Below are positions 31,195 to 42,942 of a stretch of DNA of 64,000 bases, one piece after another. The stretch is from contig CDRNVI010000003.1 of assembly GCA_977017575.1 (NCBI GenBank), forward strand, positions 62,001-126,000, read 5' to 3'. The notes under the pieces are model-generated. The model searched no databases and had not been told where the DNA came from. It saw nothing but the letters and a program-made list of their open reading frames with translations. Each line of letters opens with the position of its first letter. Position 1 is the stretch's first letter. The translations under genes and the position numbers were made by a program. The DNA comes from Paramoeba atlantica (Eukaryota; Protista; Discosea).

Positions 31195-31835
31195 TATACT
31201 AATTTACATTATTTTAACGCGTTATTATATGTGCTCTAAGCTATTATATGTGCTCTAAGGTTCCACATGACGTGAGCTGCTCACTGTAACACACTTCAAA
31301 GATCCAGTGTCGATTGACTCAAGCGACAAGAAGAGCAACAATTGAAGAATGGCGGGTAAATGCGGGTAAACGGGTAACTGAAACGGGTAACTTACCCACA
31401 CTTACGCGCATGTGGGTAATTACCCATTTACCCGGCAGGGGTATGTAATAAGTGAATTGTGTGATAACAAGTGAAATTTCGAGAAAGTGTGTTAATAAGT
31501 GGATAATTCACGTATTATCACATTTTGGTTGATATTTCGAGTTTTTGCCCTAAACTCTGAAATATTGCTATGCGTGCTCAGCAGGGTTTGGGGGTGCCTG
31601 GGCCATGGGTGGAAAAAATAATTATTAATTGCCTGAAAATGCCAAAAATCGACGAAAAATAATTATTCCCTTAAATAAATTAGTGTTTCCTTAATTGGCT
31701 TCAGGGTGAAGCAAGTAAAGGGGCTGAAGCCTCACCACCACCCCAAGAATACAATCTTCCCTTGTATTCGGGGGCTAGCCCCATCGCTAAGCGTTGGCCA
31801 TTTTAAGCGTGTAAAAATACACCATCACCCGCCTA

Positions 31836-32373
31836 AGAGGGTTGAAACCTATGAAAGGCAAAACCTGGCAAAACCCACATATTCCTCATTGACGTGGCGA
31901 AGAAAAATACTTTGTCAAAAATAGTGAAGAACATACTTGGTCTCCATCGTGCGCTGCAAAACATTTTTTGCGCCACAAAAAATGAAGATTTTGAAAATAA
32001 TATTTTTCGAAATACACCCCCAGAAAGGGTAGCCAAGGTCTTGGCGCACATTTTCCACCCCCGTACTCGGGGACGACTCCCCCTGGTATCAACAGGGCGG
32101 GGCCGCCAAGTTCAGTTTTTTCTGAAAAGAAAACTAAAAAAAGTCAACTTAGCGAAAAACATGGCTTAAAAAATAGTTTTTCAAAATCGTTTCACCTATA
32201 GTAGTTTGAGAGTTTGGGACCTATACTAGCTTTCTACGCCGTTGCTTTTACTAGATACCCCTTCCTGAAGCCGTGGCACGTCTCCCAAAATGGCGACCCA
32301 AAAAATAGGTGTCCTGGCAAAACCAGGTAAAACTTGGCAAATCCTGGCAAAACCTAACAGGTTTTAACCCTCT
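31836..32373. mobile_element. TA-flanked TIR element containing a family X fragment
   Basis: TA|AGAGGGTTGAAACCT ... AGGTTTTAACCCTCT|TA; repeated [CT]TGGCAAAACC subterminal motifs. Confidence 0.7.
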
Positions 32374-33409
32374 TAGTGTTCCCTTAATTGGCGTTCCCTT
32401 ATTTAATGTGTCTCTTAATTAATGTTTCCACGGTATAACAAAAAAGAAAATTTATAATTATATTCATTAAAATTAATGAGAGAGGGTAGGTGGAAGGACA
32501 TGATATACAACACTTTAGCTGATAGGATGATCAAATTTGTTTCGCTGTAAGGATAGAATTCGGGTAAACAAAGATGATAATTATGAGATGTTAACGATAA
32601 ATATTTGCTTAAGTGCCCCTAGAGTAATAAAGGGAGGGCTAAGATACAAAAGGCAGATCTGCACTTTCTGGAGAAAAATGCACCCATGAACCAAAAAGGT
32701 CTTTTCCCACCAAAAAAGCATACCCCCCCAGTAACAGAAATTTGACCATTTTGGCCCAAAATCGATTCTATTACTGGGGGGTATACGGTATACGCCGATT
32801 CATACCCCGGAGTTTACCCGTAGTGATTCACTACACGGGGTTAGCTCACTACATTTATGTAGTGAATCACTACTTTTGGTTCACCACATTAGTTCACAAT
32901 GAGTCCAATGCGGAATTTCCTTGTACTGAAATAATAGCTCTTCGTCGTGACAATCGGTCCTTGATTAACTCTACAGCCGTTTACAGACCCCGTATCTTTA
33001 CCATTTTGCGGACCATTGCACGCATTTTGTCTTTGATTTGACCCCCCAAACTCTTTTTTTATTTGTTTTTGGCCAGTCGAGTTTTCATCGAGTCCCAGCA
33101 AAATAAAAAACAAGTAATAGTACAAGAAAACAAAACGAGTCATAGTACGAAACTATGGGAAATCTGAACAGGGGAAGATAGAGACGGACTCCGTTGCTAA
33201 TATTTTCCACGTCCAGACTCCCAACTGGGGAAACCCGTTCATAAATTTCTTTTAATTCTTTTTGTGTTGCAGCACGGGCGACATGGTTGACCGGGCAACC
33301 ATTCCTCCTGCCCCACAGTCGGTGCTCTATAAAACCCCATACCTTATAGCGGTTTGATAAAAGAAAACCCAAGTACATTGCCGCCCGAGAAAAAAATTAT
33401 AACACACAA

Positions 33410-33550
33410 TCATTTAACTACTCAACAGAAGCTGGCTCTATGTCAATCTGATGAGTCGAATCCGATGAGAAGCTCGGCGAAAAATACTCGGTAAGTGTTC
33501 GCGCGGTTTCCAGGATCAAGAAGGGTGCAGCTTTTTTTCAAGCCATTGTG
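33410..33550 (+). pseudogene. pogo/CENP-B-like HTH fragment
   Basis: LTTQQKLALC followed, after a frameshift, by KLGEKYSVSVRAVSRIKKG. Confidence 0.4.
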
Positions 33551-34080
33551 AATAATGGCGGTAGACGAAAAAAAAGAGAAAGGGGCTTTAACTACGAGCG
33601 GCAACATACAGTGAAAAAAGTTGACAAAGATGTTACTGATCTAATTGAAAAACACAAGGTGATCTTAAAAGAAATAGTTTTTGACAACATAGAACGCCAC
33701 GGAGTGTTTAGAGGTAATTTGTCGGAGAGAAGGAAAGAACACATAAACCCCCCGCAGCTAAAAGTCACCCCACCTAACTTTTCAGCCAAGTATCCGTTTG
33801 AACTGATTTTTGTTGCATTTTGCAGATCTCAACACAAAGGCTTTGCGCGCTAAAAACCGGAATCAAAAAAATCATTCATGATAGTTTATATTTAACATTT
33901 ACAGTGCTCGAAAAAATTAGCAAAACATTTTTTGTAAAATAGTAAAAACGTTTTACTAATTAAAAATTCACTAATTTTTGTTTTACTAATTTTTGCACTG
34001 CCCCAAAAAATTTGCCAACTTGATAAAATCAATTTTTACAGAAACGGTATTTCTGTCGTTTGAGTAGGTTGCCTCCTCTA

Positions 34081-34182
34081 AGGTCGGCGTTAGTACCATC
34101 TGCAAAATGGTAATGCTAGGGAAGACCGCGAGGAGGTCCCGACCATGCTTCCCCATGCTGAGTGTGTCAGGCTTCAGTGAAG
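34081..34182 (+). repeat. About 100-bp diverged direct repeat, second copy at 36409-36509
   Basis: AGGTCGGCGT[TC]AGTACCATC...AGGGAAGACC[GA]CGAGGAGGT...CTTCCCCAT in both. Confidence 0.7.
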
Positions 34183-34640
34183 CGTATTACAAAGAAAATC
34201 CTTACAAAGAATATTCCCCCAAAAGGGATTGACTTTTACCCCCTCCCATACAATGTCCCTACATGAGTATTTTCTTAAATATGAAAAAAATCTCTTAAAT
34301 ACAAGAGAGCGATGTTTCGCGTTCGCGGAGCGGAGAAAGTCTTTTAAAAATAGGAGTATAACGAACAAGAAAGTCGGAGATTCAGAAAAAAATCAGGAGC
34401 GGGGAAAGTAATATGTGTCTGTAGCACAGAGTAAAAAACACCCCAAAAAAATAATATTAATAAAAATCTTGCTCACAGAAATCTTGCTCGCTTTCGTGCG
34501 ACATAGTAATCTGAAAACGTTTCGTAAAAAAGATAGAATTCCGAAAAAAACAAAAAAATGTAAGGTGTAAAACCTGAACTTTGCAAAATGTTTTACTAAT
34601 TAAAAATTTACTAATTTTTGTTTTACGAATTATTGTTACA

Positions 34641-35663
34641 CTAATAATTGTGTGCACTGTACCATTTTTTCACTTTTTCGCCTTTCAATCTTATACACGC
34701 TTTGAGGCGAGCATCGAAACTCAAAACAGTTTTATCAATCATTTTTTGTGGCAAACGAGACCACGCATTGCGTATGCATCGGATGAGTGAGGATTTGTCT
34801 GATGGGGTCTTCTCGTCCACTACCTCTTGGACCATAGACCAGACGTTTTCTAAGGGGGAAAGGTCTGGTGAATTGGGGGGCCAATTTTTCAATAGATCTT
34901 TCATTCTATTCGTAATATACTCCTTAGAGGCGCGTGCGGTGTGTGCCGTGGCCCCGTCTTGCTGAAAAATACACTTACGTGGGAAAGGTACCTTTTTTAA
35001 CGTCTTAATGTAGGACATGCTCGTGATAGACGAGTCAGAGTCCAGAACAACTAAGTATCTCCACGCTACTCCTATAGCACCCCAAACTTGACATCTAGGC
35101 GCCCAGCGTACTTTTTGACGTGGAGCGGCTTTTTCACCGGGTGCTACCCACATATTCTTTCGGCCATCATTAGTATCAAAGACTTTTTCGTCTGTAAAGA
35201 CGACGCGAGATGTATCCATATTGTATTTCTTTGAAAAGGCTACTCTTTTTCTTTTTTGTAACTTTGTGAGTCCTTGGCACACGGGCCTAGCATTATAGTT
35301 ATACCCCATGATTGAAAGATCATGAAGCACCGTGCTTTGAGACACTTTAGTACCTCCCCCACTTAGTTTATCCTTTATTCGCCTAGCCGAGTTAATTTTT
35401 GGCACACCGGCGGGATCGAGAGGGGCAATAATTTTCTTTATTCTATTTCTTCGAGATTCAATACATTTTTTTCGTTCAGGGCTCAAAGTGTATTCTTGGG
35501 TCAAGTTTTTTTCGCTAAGGTATTTTCTTACAATCTTTACTGAGAGGTTAAAATCACGAGACAATTGCTTTTTTGATACACCTTGACCGTATCTCATCCT
35601 CAATAGAACTTTTCCACTTTTTGTAAGTCCCCCTTTCGGCAACCGATATGCGGATTTAGGCAT
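34641..35663 (-). CDS. Intact Tc1/mariner-IS630-type transposase, DD35E
   Basis: ATG at 35663 gives 340 aa; VVFTDEK, QVWGAIG, FQQDGATAH and WPPNSPDLSPLEN; 35 residues between the second D and E; no stops or frameshifts. Confidence 0.9.
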   Translation of the reverse strand: MPKSAYRLPKGGLTKSGKVLLRMRYGQGVSKKQLSRDFNLSVKIVRKYLSEKNLTQEYTLSPERKKCIESRRNRIKKIIAPLDPAGVPKINSARRIKDKLSGGGTKVSQSTVLHDLSIMGYNYNARPVCQGLTKLQKRKRVAFSKKYNMDTSRVVFTDEKVFDTNDGRKNMWVAPGEKAAPRQKVRWAPRCQVWGAIGVAWRYLVVLDSDSSITSMSYIKTLKKVPFPRKCIFQQDGATAHTARASKEYITNRMKDLLKNWPPNSPDLSPLENVWSMVQEVVDEKTPSDKSSLIRCIRNAWSRLPQKMIDKTVLSFDARLKACIRLKGEKVKKWYSAHNY

Positions 35664-35932
35664 TTTTGGGAAAAAGTGAATTTTGTTTTTTGAAGCTTTT
35701 AAAATGAGCTGAAAACAGCGGGAACGTGGAGATCTAAAAATTTTGAACGACAAAGCGGTGCCGTAACCCCCTTTACCGTCACCCCCCCCCTCACTTGTCC
35801 CGGCGAAAAGGCCAAAAAAGCGGAAAAGGCGGATAAGTCGCGTGGTAGGACAAGTCACGTAGCATCAAGAAGAACTGTATGACACATTTTTGTATACATC
35901 CGTATACATGAAAAAACTCTTTTTCGAACTTA

Positions 35933-36404
35933 AAGGGGGGGCTCGTTTATTGTTAACATTCGATTATTGTTAACAATGAATTAATTTCGGTTTTTTCGTG
36001 TGACTTTTGAATTTTTTTGTTCCCTATGGTCATGTTGTATAGCGTTCTTGATAAGAAAAATGGTGCGCTTAACGATATGCGAAACAATGTTATTGAAACA
36101 ACAGACTTTCGGTCGCCCGACGATGGCAACCCCCAGAGACACAGTTTTGGGTGAAACTGGATTTGAAAACTACATTGTTCCCTAAAGAGGTATCATTGGA
36201 GAGTCGTTAGTAGCTCCGGCGATTGCAGTGACCTTCAGTGACCTCCAGAGAGTGCCCAAATACCCAAATTAACAATATTCGAACTTTCATTGCAACTCGT
36301 ATAATGTTAACATTGGGGGGTAAAAGTTCGATTATTGTTAATATTCGATTTTTGTTGGCAAAAAATGCTCGAAAAAAATGTTAACAATAAACGAGCCCCC
36401 CCTT
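35933..36404. mobile_element. Non-autonomous TIR element, same family as 16333-16912
   Basis: TA|AAGGGGGGGCTCGTTTATTGTTAACA ... TGTTAACAATAAACGAGCCCCCCCTT|TA. Confidence 0.82.
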
Positions 36405-38288
36405 TATTAGGTCGGCGTCAGTACCATCAGCGAGATGGCAGTGCCAGGGAAGACCACGAGGAGGTTCCAACCTTACTTCCCCATCTCGGTTTGTGCCTAG
36501 CTTTCAGAGGAAGTAGTTTTCTTTACAGAAACGGTAACTTTATCGCTTTCCGAATATAACGCGATATAACGTGATTCTTGACTTGAAATGAACGTACATT
36601 TTAATTACGCTAAAAAGTGTGTCACCGGTAACATGAGCCCACGAACTAATAGATTAAATACATTGTATATGAATACAAATGGTGTTTGCAAGGGAAAAAC
36701 AATTATCAACTGAATTAAAGCATGTAAACAAACCCAAGTAAACAAAAAGTGCGCGAATATAGATTTTATGAAAGATAGGAAGGAGTATAACGCTAAAACG
36801 GAAAATACAATTTAAGTTTATTCTGATTTATAATACAGCTATCATTTTTAATAAAAAAGTTTCTGATCTTTCTGATATTTCCAGACGTGTCTCCCACATG
36901 GGGCATTACCGCTGTGTTTTCAGTTTTCAAAGTGATGAGTACTAGTACTTGACTAGCGTTGAATGGTTCGTAGTTTCGCTTCTTTCTGGACATCATGATT
37001 CAAATAGTTTTTAAAGAGATAATATCTGTAGACTGAGTGTCGTACTTTGTAGAGATAGTCGTAACTAGTTTCTATTAAATATCTGCAACTTAAAAATACG
37101 AAAACTAAATTTTCAAAAATGATCAAGGGCAGAGGGGCTACCACATGACTTATCCGCCTTCAGATTCTCAAAAGCGGATATGTAACGTGGTAGGACAAGT
37201 GAGGGGGGGGGTGACGGTACCCCCCCTGTACAAAAAAAGAGGGGGGTGACTTATTCGCTGTGGGGGGTTTATATTAAAAATTTAAGTATCTTTTTGGGTG
37301 GTCTTGGCGAACGCTTGGAAGAACGAAATGTAGTGGTGATCAGCGTCTTTTACCCCCCCTACAGGTCTTGTATTTTGTTCGATTTTGGAAAAAAATTGTA
37401 TGGGACTGTTTTTCGACCCAATCGTTCCGAATCCGAGGCCCTTTTCACTCGTGGACACCTGTATCATTCCTAAACTGAAAAAAAGCTGCAAAAAACTCGA
37501 TATGTTTTTACAGAGTACATTTTTTTCAAGATCGATATTTTTTGGTGATTCATGACGAAGGAGCACCGCCCCCTGTGTTTACCTTACTCTCGCGTGCGCC
37601 CCAAGATGCGCACGGCACTCGTGATCGAATACGAGCGACTTAAGTCCTGTAAGGCACTCGTAAAACTTCATAAACTTGACCCCGGGTCCATCATTGAAAA
37701 ATATCAAAGGTAAAATACTAAAACAAATGGAATAATAAGTGTGTTTCCTGAATAAAAAAATGGAATAATAAGTGTGCGGGGGATTTATTAGTTAATTAAT
37801 TTATTAGTATTAATTAAAGCGGACAAGCGTTGTAGACAACCTTAGCAAAAGAGGTTAAAAGAGGAAATAAATGATGGCACCGTGGAAAACAAGGGGGTGG
37901 GGGGTACTATAAACGCTCTCTTTGTTTACCCCTTTGTTTTCCACGGTCCCCAGCCGAGGGGTATATTGGGTAGCGATTATACTCCCCGGTATATAAAAGG
38001 GTACCGGTTCATTAAGTCGTACCCCGGTTTACGTGATATAACAGTTGGATTTTAGTACCGTCGCGGAAAAAAAGGCATGGGACGAGGGGGATATGTTAGG
38101 GGCCGCGGGCTAGAATAACATACCCCCCGGTATGTTATCCAAATTATGGGTATGTTAACCGGGAATGTAGTTTCATTCTAGAATCCTGTACTTTAAAGAC
38201 GAAATTCAAAGCATTTCTAGCGGTATCTTGGACATGAAGCCTCGATTAATAATAAAAAGAAAAATCCTTTTTGGCCCCCCTCTCCAAA

Positions 38289-39626
38289 CTATATCTTCTC
38301 GATGACTCTTGCCTCACTGATATGGTCGGATTCCTGTAGATGTCCACCTTCCACCATTTCCATCCAAATACGAGCACGAAAGGCTTTGTAGAGCTCTCGC
38401 ACAAGATCGCGAAAATCTTGACGCTGTTCTGCATAATAAAAAAAAGTTAATTTTTTCCGGTCAAACTGATATTCCGCATCAATGATACGCATCGGAATTT
38501 TTTGTTCCTTAACTTTAGCTTGTGCAACTTCCACTGCACGCTTTTCCAACTCTGTCTGCACGCCATGAAGTTGAGTAACTTCCAACGAGGTTGCCTTGCG
38601 TATCACAACCCCCACACCCATACTAACCGGTAGCGAGGCGTTACAGGAGGTCAAGACCTCCGATGGGGATCCCCCACCCCCTACTCGGTGCCAGGTGTAA
38701 ATCACCAAACCGACATCCTCCCCGCGGTCTCCGCCCACCACAACGTAGTCCCCGGCGACGTACCGATGCACGGACTGAAACTGTAGAATTCGATTTCGTT
38801 TGAACTCAACAAGCATCTCTACAGGAGAAGATGAAACAGGAGAAGACGAAGAGGATATCAATAGACCCGGGGAAGGTCGAGCAGGGCTAGGCGAGGAGAT
38901 CGCAACCCCAGGAGAAGGCTCCGGTAGCCGTCGAGACCCGGTACCCCCCCTTACCATCGGTACAACACAGCGGGGAGGAAACTGCAAGTTCGGGTCGGCA
39001 CTACCCCTTTGTCCTGTACTCTCGTGTAGAGCAGGAGAAGGAGGACGAGGATGACCGGATGGCGTTACGGGACGGCTAGACGCGGTTCGATGCTGTTCTT
39101 TTTCTTCGGCTTCCTCTTCTTCCGATTCTGGGACTCGAGGAAACAAGGGGGAGGTGAGTGCGGGGCTGGGAGAGGACTCCCGGGGACCGAGGGGACATCG
39201 CTCCTGGCTGAACTCATGAAGGAGCAACCCGTAGTTGATCTCGGAGGGTGGGGTTGGGGCGGGGGGGTGGGGGAGTACAGCGTGACGCTGCGGGACGTGG
39301 GTGGTGGCAAGAGAGGAGGGAGGGGAGAGAACGGAAGGAGGGGGGTTGAACGGTGGTAGGGTAGGGGGTGGTAGAGAACGATCGGAGGAGGTGGAGGCGG
39401 GTGGTTTTCGAGGAGGGGTTTGTTGGGTTGCGACATCGACAGAGGGGGATACGGGAGGGGGAGGGGAGGAGAGGAGGGTGGTAAGTTGGTCGAGGCGTTG
39501 AGTGAGTTTGAGTTGGAGGGAGAGGATTTCGGTGTCCATGGCTTTGTACCACGTGTCCAGAAGAGACTGTGCTAGGGTAACATCGACAGCAGAGTGCTTT
39601 GGTTCAGGAAGGCAATGGGAATGCAT
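38289..39626 (-). CDS. PSP1 C-terminal domain protein (kinetoplastid cycling-sequence-binding-like family)
   Basis: VEFKRNR...YVVVGGDRGEDVG...MRIIDAEYQFDRKKLTFFY...DFRDLVRELYKAFRARIWME; Pro/Ser-rich N-terminus. Confidence 0.88.
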   Translation of the reverse strand: MHSHCLPEPKHSAVDVTLAQSLLDTWYKAMDTEILSLQLKLTQRLDQLTTLLSSPPPPVSPSVDVATQQTPPRKPPASTSSDRSLPPPTLPPFNPPPSVLSPPSSLATTHVPQRHAVLPHPPAPTPPSEINYGLLLHEFSQERCPLGPRESSPSPALTSPLFPRVPESEEEEAEEKEQHRTASSRPVTPSGHPRPPSPALHESTGQRGSADPNLQFPPRCVVPMVRGGTGSRRLPEPSPGVAISSPSPARPSPGLLISSSSSPVSSSPVEMLVEFKRNRILQFQSVHRYVAGDYVVVGGDRGEDVGLVIYTWHRVGGGGSPSEVLTSCNASLPVSMGVGVVIRKATSLEVTQLHGVQTELEKRAVEVAQAKVKEQKIPMRIIDAEYQFDRKKLTFFYYAEQRQDFRDLVRELYKAFRARIWMEMVEGGHLQESDHISEARVIEKI

Positions 39627-39889
39627 TTTTTGCTTTTATGTACACGAAGAGTAGTGCAAATTTATGATTGTAAATATTGCCAACAAAAACAGAACATTTT
39701 TTTTTATGTAATTTGTTTTAGAAAAATGAGAATTAACCAATCAGTTCCAAATCAAAATACAGAAAAAGCAAATAGGAGAATGTGAAATGTGGCTCATACA
39801 GTACGTATGCGGCTCATGCGTATGTGGCTCATATGTATGCTCGAGGGTGACTGTTTCACTACTCGCATGTTTTAAAAAGAGATGAAAAT

Positions 39890-42688
39890 TCAATCGTCCG
39901 TTGTCAATCGTCCATTCTTTGTCGTTGTACAAAGCAAGTCTTTCAACATGTGATATGTACTTCTGTGAAGAACTTGTGTGCCAAGTGCGAATTGAGATGC
40001 CAGACATTCAGCGTGCTTCTTCGCGTTTTGTACCACTACACGAGGGAGTCCCGCGCGAGCGGCAACATCCAAACCGTACGAATTGGAGCAAATCCCTGTT
40101 GCAAGCTTGTGAAGTAGAATCACCTGCTGAGAAACTGGATCAATTTGATGCCGCATGTGCATCGCGCGTATGTCGTACTGAGAAAAACTCAGCACAGCCT
40201 GTATGGCAAGAAAATAGTAATGAGTAGAGAAAAAACCCAAGGGCTGTGAATGCCGCACAAGGTACGAAAGCGCTCCCCAGGCTACAGCATATCCATCGAA
40301 AGTCGAGGTACCGCGCCCGAGTTCGTCGACAAGCACCAGACTACGGGGTGTTGCGTGACGAAGAATATGTCCCATCTCGGTGAGCTCCACGAGAAATGTG
40401 GACTTGTGCTCAAAAAGACTATCTCGTGCCCCCATACGGGTATAGATACGATCCACGGGAGCAAGACGAAAAGAACTAGCGTGCACAAAACATCCGATTT
40501 GCGCCAGTACCGTAGCCACCCCCACCGCCCGCATCAATGTCGATTTCCCTCCCATATTCGGTCCCGTAAGCACAATTACCCGTCCTGATGCTGCGTCCAT
40601 ACGCACGTCATTTTTTGTGACCTCTTCCTGTCCCTCATTCAGCTTAGTTCCCGAATGAAACAACGCAGTAGCAGAAATTTGCGCTGCGCTCTCACCGGAA
40701 ATAACATTTGGGGAACACATTCCTGGTTGGGAGGAAGCCATTGCAAGACTCGTAAGCGCATCCACAATCGCAATAGCTTGAGAAAGCTTCGTCACCGATA
40801 CATAAAAAGAGGAGCTGTACATTCGTAACAACTCTTTTAAATGACGTTGCAGGACCAGTGCGCGTTGTTCAGAAATCTCTTTGAGTGCCCGAACGATCGG
40901 TTCCAGTCGTTTGTGTTTATATCGTGTGACTTTAGCAGTGGTAGAGAACATGAGGAAATCTGGGGGGAGGGTGTCGACCACCGAACGGGTTGGGACCTCG
41001 ATGAGAAACCACTCCTTGCCGGCATCAACAAAGGAAAGTGAGGGGTCGTGGAAATAACCACGGGCAGCCTCGAGATAGGGATCTAGAGAGGCTACAAGTT
41101 GAGTACGTCGCGACTCCAGTGCATCATAGGGTTCACAAGTACCGGGAGTAGGAATTGCAAATCCCGTTTGTAGCGCCGCGTTCTCATCGAACCCGTTACG
41201 AAAACAGAGAATGTCCTCGGAGAGGGTGGGTGTGAGGTTACCCTGTAGTGTGGACTTCATAGCGCAGTCCGGGGTATGAGAAAGAAGATCACGTAACGCT
41301 TTGTCTTGTGATAGAACGCAGCTCATCGTCTGGGACAAGAGCTGTAGGGTACGTTTTCCTTGCGCGGAGCTGTCGACCCAGGAAACCTCTTTTTCTTCAA
41401 CCATGTTGCGAAGACGAACGCTGTTGCGTTCTAAGTCCGTTGTTGTGCTAAGGAGTTGACGTACAGATTGTGCTCCGTAGTGCATCAGAAATTGAACAAA
41501 GACTTGCCTACTCTGAATTAACGTTGCATCGCGCAAAGGTTCTAAAACCCATTTCCGTAGCTGGCGTTTTCCAGGAGGGGTTGAGGTAAAATCAATTCTA
41601 GAAAGCAAGGAATCGGAACAACACTGTCCTGATTGCAAAATTTCGAGATGTTCCAAAGTGCTAGCATCTAACACCATGTGAGGCGCTTGTGTACTGACGG
41701 CCTCGTCTAAAAAGAAGTACGAAAGGGTAAATTGCGGAGTAATGACCTCCGAAATAATCATTAGCTTTTCAAGGTAGTGAACGATGCCTCCGAATGCGTA
41801 TAGAATAGGCGTAGGTTGAGAAAGGAGTACCCCAAGAACATCAGAAGTTCTGCGGTTGAGCTCTTGTATTTGATTAACGCAATAATTGGTGTGAAACACA
41901 ACGTCAGAAATTTCGTTCGACATTTCATACAGTCGAGAAGAAGCTGACACAGATATTAGGAGTTGTGTAAGTGTGGAGGATCGCTTTCGACCGACAACGA
42001 TTTCACGTGGCGCAAAATGACGCAAGACAGTTGCAAAGTGCTCATAAGACTCGGGACCGGAGAAAACGGCAAACGAACCAACTCCGCAAGAAATTTCAAA
42101 TGCACAAAAACCAATCTCCACTTCATTATGCCCTGTACATCGCTCGTAAACGGAAACAAGATGAGACGCTTCTGCCGTTTGAATCATCTCCGTATCCGTT
42201 AAAGTCGAGCATGTATAGATTTTAACCAATTCACGAGGAACACAAACATCAGTGTCCTTTTTTGTTAACTGCTCAACCCTTCCCACGCGGTAACCACGCA
42301 TGACAAATTGCTGGGCCCAGGTACAAAAAGATTGCTCGGGAACGCCGGCCATTTTCAACCGACCACCTCGAGTGTCAGAAATCATTTTTAATCCAAACTC
42401 TCTTTGACCCAATTCCGCATCAACATCGTAAAGTTCATAAAATTTACCTTTCTTAAAGAATATTACGGTGTCCAAGTGCTCTTTTTTTATTTCCCAAAAC
42501 TGACGTTCCATGGCGTTCATATTGTGCAGAGAACGATCTGGTACATACAATGTGCTGGCATCATAGTTTGGGTCTTCACGGCTTCGTTTCTTCCCGTCTC
42601 GACGCTCCTCCATAAAATCGTAGACAAATCCATTTCGTCGCTCCTGCGCTAGCCTGGCATTTGTAGACCAAAAGTTCGAAACGTCCAT
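39890..42688 (-). CDS. MSH6: DNA mismatch repair protein MSH6
   Basis: DPNYDASTLYVP...QFWEIK...FFKKGKFYELY (MSH6-type mismatch-binding domain), LTGPNMGGKSTLMR, LVDELGRGTST and FSTHY. First ATG is at 42688. Confidence 0.92.
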   Translation of the reverse strand: MDVSNFWSTNARLAQERRNGFVYDFMEERRDGKKRSREDPNYDASTLYVPDRSLHNMNAMERQFWEIKKEHLDTVIFFKKGKFYELYDVDAELGQREFGLKMISDTRGGRLKMAGVPEQSFCTWAQQFVMRGYRVGRVEQLTKKDTDVCVPRELVKIYTCSTLTDTEMIQTAEASHLVSVYERCTGHNEVEIGFCAFEISCGVGSFAVFSGPESYEHFATVLRHFAPREIVVGRKRSSTLTQLLISVSASSRLYEMSNEISDVVFHTNYCVNQIQELNRRTSDVLGVLLSQPTPILYAFGGIVHYLEKLMIISEVITPQFTLSYFFLDEAVSTQAPHMVLDASTLEHLEILQSGQCCSDSLLSRIDFTSTPPGKRQLRKWVLEPLRDATLIQSRQVFVQFLMHYGAQSVRQLLSTTTDLERNSVRLRNMVEEKEVSWVDSSAQGKRTLQLLSQTMSCVLSQDKALRDLLSHTPDCAMKSTLQGNLTPTLSEDILCFRNGFDENAALQTGFAIPTPGTCEPYDALESRRTQLVASLDPYLEAARGYFHDPSLSFVDAGKEWFLIEVPTRSVVDTLPPDFLMFSTTAKVTRYKHKRLEPIVRALKEISEQRALVLQRHLKELLRMYSSSFYVSVTKLSQAIAIVDALTSLAMASSQPGMCSPNVISGESAAQISATALFHSGTKLNEGQEEVTKNDVRMDAASGRVIVLTGPNMGGKSTLMRAVGVATVLAQIGCFVHASSFRLAPVDRIYTRMGARDSLFEHKSTFLVELTEMGHILRHATPRSLVLVDELGRGTSTFDGYAVAWGALSYLVRHSQPLGFFSTHYYFLAIQAVLSFSQYDIRAMHMRHQIDPVSQQVILLHKLATGICSNSYGLDVAARAGLPRVVVQNAKKHAECLASQFALGTQVLHRSTYHMLKDLLCTTTKNGRLTTDD

Positions 42689-42942
42689 AAGTAAGGTCAA
42701 TGTTAAGCTCAGCTGGCGATTATTGTTTTTGTGGGAAACATTATGGGAGAAAAACAGTGAATATAATAACTAATGGTACTTCTTTCAGTAAGACAAAACT
42801 TATCACTTAATAGATATTCAAATTCCGAAGACTTGAAGATTTGTTCATGATAATTACGCAGTGTTGCATTCTATTCACACCGGTTTACTGTATTGTTTTA
42901 CTCTACAAAATCACACAAGAACGTTTTTAAAAATTTCGACAC

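Noticed and set aside
35664-35858. N-terminal extension of the DD35E ORF as listed in the ORF track
   Set aside because: It starts at a non-ATG codon in the repeat-containing upstream region; the ATG at 35663 gives a typical transposase length.
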